A stretch of DNA of 43,010 bases, from IMG/VR virus record IMGVR_UViG_3300045988_038152, positions 1-43,010 of that record; one strand, given 5' to 3'. Shown here in pieces: positions 34,447-40,298 of the stretch (its first letter is position 1; each line of letters begins with the position of its first letter). The notes under the pieces were generated by a model, which ran no database searches, was not told the DNA's origin, and saw only the letters and a list, made by a program, of their open reading frames with translations. Both the position numbers and the translations under genes were made by a program. This DNA comes from a virus.

Positions 34447-35079
34447 TCACTGGAATAACTGGATATTCTGAGCAATTGCAGCCTGTCTCTCGGACGGGTC
34501 TTTGATTGCTTCAATATCTTTCTTCGTCATACTTCCCGGTGTCTGCTGCTGTCCAACGTGAGTGGTAAATCTTGCCTGATTCTGCTGAGCCTGCTGCTGA
34601 GATTCGTCCACAAAAGCGGATGCGTCAGACTGCTTCATCTGTTCAATCAGGTCATTTAATCCAAGGATTTTACCGTCTTTCAGCTTGAGACCCGCTTCCT
34701 TGATGTCTGCCATAACCGATTTCTTTGCAGCTTCACTGGAAAATTTAACATCATCGAGTGCTGCTTTCAGAGCATCTGAGAAATCACGGTCATAGATCTT
34801 CGCATTGAATTCTTTCTCTGCATCCTCAGCTTTTTTCTTCCATCCAGCAAGTTCTGTCTGAATGTTCGCCGGGTCGATGCCGTCAAAACCTTTCAGGGTT
34901 TCCTCTGCTGCCTCAGCACGTTCTTTCCAGTTGTCTCTCTCTCCCTCGACTTTCGACAGGGTTTTTGCTACTTCTTTAGCATTCTTATAATGCTCAGAGA
35001 GTGCCTTTTTAACATCTGCCTGTTTGTCCTCTGGGATTTCAATTCCAAATGATTTAAGTGTGTCAATAAGCTTCTGCAT
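34447..35079 (-). CDS. Scaffolding protein (start at internal ATG 35079)
   Basis: RBS caggaggatatatATG; helical, charged, 210 aa. The longer track ORF would run into the tRNA. Confidence 0.7.
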   Translation of the reverse strand: MQKLIDTLKSFGIEIPEDKQADVKKALSEHYKNAKEVAKTLSKVEGERDNWKERAEAAEETLKGFDGIDPANIQTELAGWKKKAEDAEKEFNAKIYDRDFSDALKAALDDVKFSSEAAKKSVMADIKEAGLKLKDGKILGLNDLIEQMKQSDASAFVDESQQQAQQNQARFTTHVGQQQTPGSMTKKDIEAIKDPSERQAAIAQNIQLFQ

Positions 35080-35157
35080 ATATATCCTCCTGGTCGTGTT
35101 TATTGACCTGCCGCCGCAGGTAAGTGGATTAAGCCAGTTAGACCACTGGCAAGGTAA

Positions 35158-35229
35158 TTGCAGGAGACGGATTTGAACCGCCGTTCTCAAGGGCATGAAC
35201 CTTGTGAGATTCCGCTTCTCTATCCTGCC
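35158..35229 (-). tRNA. tRNA with anticodon CAU (Met / Ile2 / initiator-like; identity unresolved)
   Basis: Cloverleaf GGCAGGA-TA-GAGA-AGCGGAA-TCTC-A-CAAGG-TTCATGC-CCTTG-AGAAC-GGCGG-TTCAAAT-CCGTC-TCCTGCA-A. U8, A14, G18G19, G15:C48, T54-A58 and G53:C61 are present; no encoded CCA. Confidence 0.8.
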
Positions 35230-35460
35230 CTTAACCCGGATTCCCGGGTTAGCAAGGTGTTTAACGTGTCATGCCTGCCACGAGTTGTTTCGGGCATCTG
35301 TCCGCCCATTTACCTTTTACAAGGAGGTGCGTACTGTCTATGCGATCATATAGACAGTAATGATACGTGTCGGAAATTGCATCCGCTTTTCAACCTCATG
35401 CGTCTTGTGTTAGCTAAACACTGCATTTTCTATTAAGGACACGTACCCGTGAAAGGAGGA
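35230..35460 (-). ncRNA. Candidate structured RNA / tRNA leader (class unknown)
   Basis: 10-bp long-range helix 35438-35447 with 35362-35371; perfect 10-bp hairpin 35332-35359; 7-bp hairpin 35233-35250; no credible ORF on the minus strand. Confidence 0.35.
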
Positions 35461-35570
35461 ATCAATGAAAAAAATGTCTATGTCAAGTGGCGTCAACCAC
35501 TTACGAATCTTCCCTATGAATATATTTTACCACAGACTCTCCAAAAAGTTGTGGTACATGTTTTGGCTAA

Positions 35571-36128
35571 TTAGAGCATATCACGAAGCTTTTCCACGTA
35601 TCTTTTAACAAGATCACGTTCCTCCCGGCACTCCGCATCCTTGGACATATCGCTCATTTCTGTTGTGAGTTCGTCAAGGTGTTCTTCCAGAGCGGCAAGC
35701 ATCTTTCTCTTACAATCCTCAGATTTGCCGGAACGATAACTCTGTTTCTGCATCATGTAGTCATCGTAAGCATCCCGTCCGTCAGAACGGCTGTAGTGTC
35801 CTCTAACATAATGCTCGCCGCGTCTGGCATAAGAACTGCCCCGGTCGTAATCTGGCATCATTCTGCCATCATTTGAGCTGTATCTCCCCATGCTATCGCG
35901 CTTTCTTCCGCGTTCACTGTAATCGTCATTATATTCACCGCCACGCATCTCATTAAGGACAGTGTTATAGTACTCCACTTTTTTGTCCCAGTAATACGTA
36001 TTCTTGATATCTTTGTACATATCAATCAGCTTGTATGTCATTTCCAGATTTCCAGTGGTCAGTCCACTGTCAGCAATTTTGGACAGTTCATCTTCGATTC
36101 TTGCACATAAGTCTTTAATATCTCTCAT
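35571..36128 (-). CDS. 185-aa protein with helical ends and an R/S/D/Y/G-rich disordered centre
   Basis: RBS ggaggtgtgattATG; GRKRDSMGRYSSNDGRMMPDYDRGSSYARRGEHYVRGHYSRSDGRDAYDDY. Confidence 0.6.
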   Translation of the reverse strand: MRDIKDLCARIEDELSKIADSGLTTGNLEMTYKLIDMYKDIKNTYYWDKKVEYYNTVLNEMRGGEYNDDYSERGRKRDSMGRYSSNDGRMMPDYDRGSSYARRGEHYVRGHYSRSDGRDAYDDYMMQKQSYRSGKSEDCKRKMLAALEEHLDELTTEMSDMSKDAECREERDLVKRYVEKLRDML

Positions 36129-36139
36129 AATCACACCTC

Positions 36140-36562
36140 CTACGCTTCTCTAGTCACGACAATGTTTGCGTTTGCAACAGAAACAGCCTGGTCGCTTGTG
36201 TTTTCCACTGCAATATTAACGCAACATCCACGAGGTACATCAATATAAATGCCAGAGGACACATTGTTGTACTGGTCTACTGCTGCCGGCGTGGAAATCA
36301 TCTGAGAAGAAAGAACCGGCTCGCCAGAGATTGCAATAGCTAGAGAAATAGCCCCGACAGTACCGCCTGTTGGAATCGCGATATTACCGGAAAAATCCAC
36401 GAAAAATCTCGCTTTACACTGGTTAGTAAGTCCTCTTAGCGTAATAATTCCGCTTCCCTCTCTGTGCTGAATACAGTTAGAACCTTTAACTGCTGTGTTT
36501 GAAAATGCTACGTTTCCATTTGCTGCTACAGTCTGAGCAGCTATACTTGTAAATTCTGCCAT
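36140..36562 (-). CDS. 140-aa beta-rich protein resembling the BclA C-terminal (C1q/TNF-like) domain, without a collagen region
   Basis: ANGNVAFSNTAVKGS..GSGIITLRG...ARFFVDFSGNIAIP...ISLAIAISGEPVLSS...NANIVVTRE pattern. Confidence 0.45.
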   Translation of the reverse strand: MAEFTSIAAQTVAANGNVAFSNTAVKGSNCIQHREGSGIITLRGLTNQCKARFFVDFSGNIAIPTGGTVGAISLAIAISGEPVLSSQMISTPAAVDQYNNVSSGIYIDVPRGCCVNIAVENTSDQAVSVANANIVVTREA

Positions 36563-36584
36563 AATTTTACTCCTTTCATATCAC

Positions 36585-36608
36585 AAAAGGACAGGTATCA
36601 GCCTGCCC
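36585..36608 (-). terminator. Terminator-like hairpin after the HNH gene
   Basis: On the minus strand, GGGCAGG-ctgata-CCTGTCC then TTTT. Confidence 0.45.
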
Positions 36609-36655
36609 CTCTGTGTAATACGGCATAAGCCGACATAATCATAAAGATTAAGATA

Positions 36656-37702
36656 CTACTTTATTTTCTTTTCTCTTATACTCTGCAAATTAGTATTGTA
36701 ATGGTCTTTTAAAAATTGATCGAATTGCTCTGGCGTATTGTCTTGTTTTCCGTATTCGGAATGAAATTGGTTGTGTATTTTCCTTAACATGGGGATACCT
36801 TCTTGACTATCATTAATTCTTTTTAATTCGTCTTTTAGAATATAAAAGTCATCTTGATTATCATAATCCGATAATTTTTCAAGTACAGGTATTCCTGTTT
36901 CCATGCTTGCCTTTTTAACCAATTTGTTGAACGAATACAAATGGTGGACAGACAACCTTTCAGCATTCTTTCCCGTAATAGCGCACACATTCCCATAGCT
37001 TTTCTTTATCTCTTTTTTCCATGGGTTAGACACATCTCTCAGTAAATCCGCAACATTACACCTTCCGTCTTTGTAATTCCAATTTCTTTTGTTTCTATTA
37101 TCAATAGCAGCGCATTTCGCACAACCAGATTCTTTTCTTAAAAAATAAAGAAATTTGATATTAACAAAGTGTCCTCTTTTACAAGTACATCTGAAAGGAG
37201 TCATGTTGTCTTTGTATTCTTTTTCGTCAAGAATCGAATATCCTTTTTTTGCAAGCTCTTTTTTTACAAAATCAATATCATATTTTGTTTTTTTTATTTT
37301 TAAACTTTTGTTTCCACATTTCGGACATCTGTCTTGCCCTGTACAGAATTTCGCATAGGATTTTTGAAAAATATTTCCGCATCTGCACTGTATCGTTAAT
37401 ACTGATTGATTGTTCTTATATTCTCCGGAGATATATTTGCATCCACTGGAATTTATATTTTGTATGACATCATCAAGATTATTTCTAAATTTTCTCGAAT
37501 TCCTTTCTCTTGAACAGTCAATGCACATAATTTCCCGTTCACGCAATTTATTGAAATTTCTCTCAAATGTCTTTCCGCAACCGCATCTTATTCGTAAAGG
37601 AGTTGAATTATTAACATACTTCTCGGAAAGTACTTCACATTTTCCATCGGTCTTGTTTTTAACAAACTCCTTTACGTATTCAATCGTCAATTTTTTTGGC
37701 AT
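36656..37702 (-). CDS. Free-standing HNH homing-endonuclease-like protein with three zinc-ribbon repeats
   Basis: RBS ggaggtgctttttATG; three (E/K)Y.(N/D)N...C.CG...C..C repeats; C-terminal CAITG..LSVHHLYSFN...IHNQFH. Confidence 0.7.
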   Translation of the reverse strand: MPKKLTIEYVKEFVKNKTDGKCEVLSEKYVNNSTPLRIRCGCGKTFERNFNKLREREIMCIDCSRERNSRKFRNNLDDVIQNINSSGCKYISGEYKNNQSVLTIQCRCGNIFQKSYAKFCTGQDRCPKCGNKSLKIKKTKYDIDFVKKELAKKGYSILDEKEYKDNMTPFRCTCKRGHFVNIKFLYFLRKESGCAKCAAIDNRNKRNWNYKDGRCNVADLLRDVSNPWKKEIKKSYGNVCAITGKNAERLSVHHLYSFNKLVKKASMETGIPVLEKLSDYDNQDDFYILKDELKRINDSQEGIPMLRKIHNQFHSEYGKQDNTPEQFDQFLKDHYNTNLQSIREKKIK

Positions 37703-37726
37703 AAAAAGCACCTCCTATTGTGCTTT

Positions 37727-37755
37727 ATTATACCTTATTTTAAGACCAAACTCAA
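37727..37755 (-). promoter_or_regulatory. Promoter TTGAGT-17-TATAAT dedicated to the HNH gene
   Basis: -35 at 37755-37750 and -10 at 37732-37727 on the minus strand. Confidence 0.5.
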
Positions 37756-37783
37756 TACTTTTTTATTGCGTGTTGCTATTTAA

Positions 37784-38560
37784 TTAGCAATTTCCGCAAT
37801 TACACCCATTACAGGTATACCCGTAAAGATTTGACGCAGGGAAAGACGGTACCGGTGTAGGTCTTATTGCGTCGATAATCTGCTGTGTCTGTGAAGCCAT
37901 TGCAGTTGTGAGAAGTGCACTCTGGCGATCCTGAGAAGCAGCACGTCTGAGATCATTGTTTTCAGCCTGCAGGTTGGAAATCTTTTCATTGCAAAGATAG
38001 TCTAAAACGGCTCTCGCGTTTGCATTCTGGTTATCAATGATATCTCTTGTATTGCTGTTCATGGTGTTCTGTAATGCACAGGTGTTCTGCGCCATATTGT
38101 AATTTACGCCCTGAATTGCTTCTCTAGTTTCACAGCAACAGTTCGCAAGCTGTGCCTGGAGCGCATTAGTGTTCTGCATATTCGCTACAGTATCGGCATT
38201 AATTGCCTGCTGGATTCCGAATCCGGTCTGCATGATGTTCGTGTTGATTCCGTTAAATCCGGTAAGCATACCGTTATTTACTGCATAGAATCCATCACAG
38301 AGACCGTTGTTGATTCCGTCAAGCTTGCTGATTACTGCGGAATTGTCAAATCCTCTCTGAATGTCTGCCTGAGTAGCTGCTGTGGCCGCATATCCACCAC
38401 CGTTGCCATTATTGCCCCAGCCGTTGTTTCCCCATCCAAAGAAAGCAAAAATGAATAAAACAATAATCCACCAGCTACCATCTCCGCCAAACATGCCATC
38501 GTTATTTCTACCGTTTCCAGTAGCAGCGGCAATATCTGCTAAGCTATAATTTCCATCCAT
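37784..38560 (-). CDS. 258-aa N/G/Q/C-rich membrane-anchored protein ending in CNGCNCGNC
   Basis: RBS aaaaggagattatattATG; GGDGSWWIIVLFIFAFFGWGNNGWGNNGNGGG (YjcZ-like); LANCCCETREA; C-terminus YGYTCNGCNCGNC. Confidence 0.6.
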   Translation of the reverse strand: MDGNYSLADIAAATGNGRNNDGMFGGDGSWWIIVLFIFAFFGWGNNGWGNNGNGGGYAATAATQADIQRGFDNSAVISKLDGINNGLCDGFYAVNNGMLTGFNGINTNIMQTGFGIQQAINADTVANMQNTNALQAQLANCCCETREAIQGVNYNMAQNTCALQNTMNSNTRDIIDNQNANARAVLDYLCNEKISNLQAENNDLRRAASQDRQSALLTTAMASQTQQIIDAIRPTPVPSFPASNLYGYTCNGCNCGNC

Positions 38561-38612
38561 AATATAATCTCCTTTTTGTATATTTACATCAATCTGGCCA
38601 GATTGTAATGTA

Positions 38613-38834
38613 CTATTTCATTCCTTTCAACATGTGTTGGAATTGTCCTGCCATCTGCTGAACCTGATTAAGTTGCTGTTGGGAAATCTTTCCAGACTGT
38701 AGCATTTTCTCAACTTCTGCTTTTGGGTCTCCCTTAAAATTCTGCTTAAACTGTATAAACTGCTGTATCATCTGCATTGGCCCGTTTCCCTGTGGCATCC
38801 CACCACCGAGGGTATTGAATAATGGATTACTCAT
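38613..38834 (-). CDS. 73-aa Q-rich protein
   Basis: ATG overlaps the upstream stop; GPMQMIQQFIQFKQNFKGDPKAEVEKMLQSGKISQQQLNQVQQMAGQFQHML. Confidence 0.55.
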   Translation of the reverse strand: MSNPLFNTLGGGMPQGNGPMQMIQQFIQFKQNFKGDPKAEVEKMLQSGKISQQQLNQVQQMAGQFQHMLKGMK

Positions 38835-39297
38835 CTGCGTTTCCTCCCTTGACTGCTGATTCCTGCACGGTATTAGCTCTAACAGGTTCAGAAAAAGAAT
38901 TTAATCGGTTTATGATAGCTTCGTATTTACCCTTTAAATCGTCGTATTCCTGTCTGGTGACGTATTTACTGTCCATGTTCTGAACGGGCTGTTTAGGCGG
39001 CATCTGAGAGCCTACCTCGTGATACTCAAACGTTCGCAATGGCTGTGGCATACCGGAAACGTCTGTGGATTTTATAAAGAATTTTTCTGATTCTGAATCC
39101 ATTAGTAAAACACTTGTCCCGGGTGCTACCAGATAGGATTTTGCGCCGACTTCACCGGATACCCACAGGATACCATTGCTATTCTGTTGGGGTTGCTGTA
39201 CTGGTTGAGCTGGTATCTGGACAGGTTGTTGCTGAAATTGGTTCATCTGTCCCGGAACACCAAAACTATATTGATAAGGATTGTTATATAATGCCAT
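38827..39297 (-). CDS. 156-aa protein with Q/P-rich N-terminus and a small beta domain
   Basis: RBS gaaaggtggtgtataagATG; QMNQFQQQPVQIPAQPVQQPQQ then GILWVSGEVGAKSYLVAPGTSVLLMDSESEKFFIKSTDVSGMP. Confidence 0.55.
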   Translation of the reverse strand: MALYNNPYQYSFGVPGQMNQFQQQPVQIPAQPVQQPQQNSNGILWVSGEVGAKSYLVAPGTSVLLMDSESEKFFIKSTDVSGMPQPLRTFEYHEVGSQMPPKQPVQNMDSKYVTRQEYDDLKGKYEAIINRLNSFSEPVRANTVQESAVKGGNADE

Positions 39298-39331
39298 CTT
39301 ATACACCACCTTTCTGGTTATATTCTAAAAT

Positions 39332-39361
39332 AAAAAAAGAGCCTTAGACAGTTCGTCTAAG
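39332..39361 (-). terminator. Intrinsic terminator inside the late region
   Basis: On the minus strand, CTTAGAC-gaact-GTCTAAG followed by gcTCTTTTTTT. Confidence 0.7.
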
Positions 39362-39385
39362 ACCCATATAAGTATCTGAAAAGTA

Positions 39386-39592
39386 TCAGCACACTTTGAT
39401 TATTTTATTATTTACCCGGCGGCTTAATCGTTTCGCCGTGGATATGCTCACATTCATCTGTTCAGCGCAGTATTCAAGAGTGCGTTCCTGACATCTCAGC
39501 CGAAACAGCTTTTCTTCGTCCGGTGTAAAATTACACTCTGTCAAGAACCTGTCTATATCTTTCTTAGTGAACACATATAACTTCATGAGCAT
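39386..39592 (-). CDS. Sigma-70 region-4-like stand-alone HTH protein (66-68 aa)
   Basis: FTPDEEKLFRLRCQERTLEYCAEQMNVSISTAKRLSRRVNNKI. Confidence 0.55.
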   Translation of the reverse strand: MLMKLYVFTKKDIDRFLTECNFTPDEEKLFRLRCQERTLEYCAEQMNVSISTAKRLSRRVNNKIIKVC

Positions 39593-39606
39593 ACCCCTTA
39601 CTAATG

Positions 39607-39912
39607 CTAACGTTGATTCTGCGCAAGATAATTTGTAAGCTTCTGTTTTGTTTTTTTTAATTCCTCAACATTATTTCCACTGATCTGACTATCCAGCATG
39701 GTTGATAGCACTTCCAGAATCAATGAATCACGTTCCGCAATCCTCTGAAGACTCTCGTAATCTCGTTTATCATGTTCTTCTAGTGTCTCAACTCGTTTGT
39801 TGAGTCGAAATGCCGGAGTAATCCACTTAAAAATTACGGCTGCCGCCCCTCCAACAATGGACACCCCTCCGCAGATAGAGAGGAAAATCTGTACAAATTC
39901 TGATATGCTCAT
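39607..39912 (-). CDS. N-terminally membrane-anchored coiled-coil protein (BhlA/holin-like or anti-sigma-like; unresolved)
   Basis: TM FVQIFLSICGGVSIVGGAAAVIF followed by a charged helical tail. Confidence 0.45.
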   Translation of the reverse strand: MSISEFVQIFLSICGGVSIVGGAAAVIFKWITPAFRLNKRVETLEEHDKRDYESLQRIAERDSLILEVLSTMLDSQISGNNVEELKKTKQKLTNYLAQNQR

Positions 39913-40298
39913 TTATTCTCCTTTTCCCAGTAATATACCGGGATCTCATTACCGCTATCCCATGTATCGAAATATTTGCCCTCTTGTACCGTCACCACAT
40001 GACCATCTATGCAGAGAATGTACGTGTCTGTCGGATGGTCTGTGCAAAAGTCGTTGACTGTATAGATATATCGTTCTGACTGTTCAATCAGTTTGCGTCT
40101 GTATCCATGCTTGTAGAGATACGCTCCCCAGACATAATTTGCACTTGGCATATCTGACAGAGAACACGCTTGTACCATTAGCCCGGCGAACACCGTTTCC
40201 CAGTCCTGCCCGGTTGCTTTGCATATTGCTCGGACAACGCAATCTCCTGTTCTCTTATCCTTAACAGGATTCGGATTGAAATATTCCCATCTATCCAT
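39909..40298 (-). CDS. Papain-like cysteine peptidase candidate (129 aa)
   Basis: Ordered Cys/His/Asp: TGDCVVRAI ... IDGHVVTV ... DTWDSG; translationally coupled (TGATG) to the head-morphogenesis gene. Confidence 0.45.
   Translation of the reverse strand: MDRWEYFNPNPVKDKRTGDCVVRAICKATGQDWETVFAGLMVQACSLSDMPSANYVWGAYLYKHGYRRKLIEQSERYIYTVNDFCTDHPTDTYILCIDGHVVTVQEGKYFDTWDSGNEIPVYYWEKENK

Noticed and set aside
35080-35196. N-terminal 39-codon extension of the scaffold ORF given in the ORF track (start 35196)
   Set aside because: The extension has no RBS, reads as an implausible sequence (MPLRTAVQIRLLQLPCQWSNW...) and overlaps the tRNA. The internal ATG at 35079 has a GGAGG RBS.
35160-35460. tmRNA (ssrA), suggested by the GGTTCAAATCC T-arm and a long structured upstream region
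   Set aside because: The 5' acceptor strand lies at normal tRNA distance, 72 nt upstream, and a complete D-arm and anticodon arm are present. It is therefore a conventional tRNA. I found no tag-peptide ORF or pseudoknot series.
35465-35608. Plus-strand 47-aa ORF with a strong AAAGGAGGA RBS (MKKMSMSSGVNHLRIFPMNIFYHRLSKKLWYMFWLIRAYHEAFPRIF), a type I toxin-like idea
   Set aside because: I found no convincing promoter, no clear TM helix and odd composition. The RBS-like run may simply be the complement of part of the structured minus-strand RNA. It is kept as a low-probability alternative explanation for 35460-35570.
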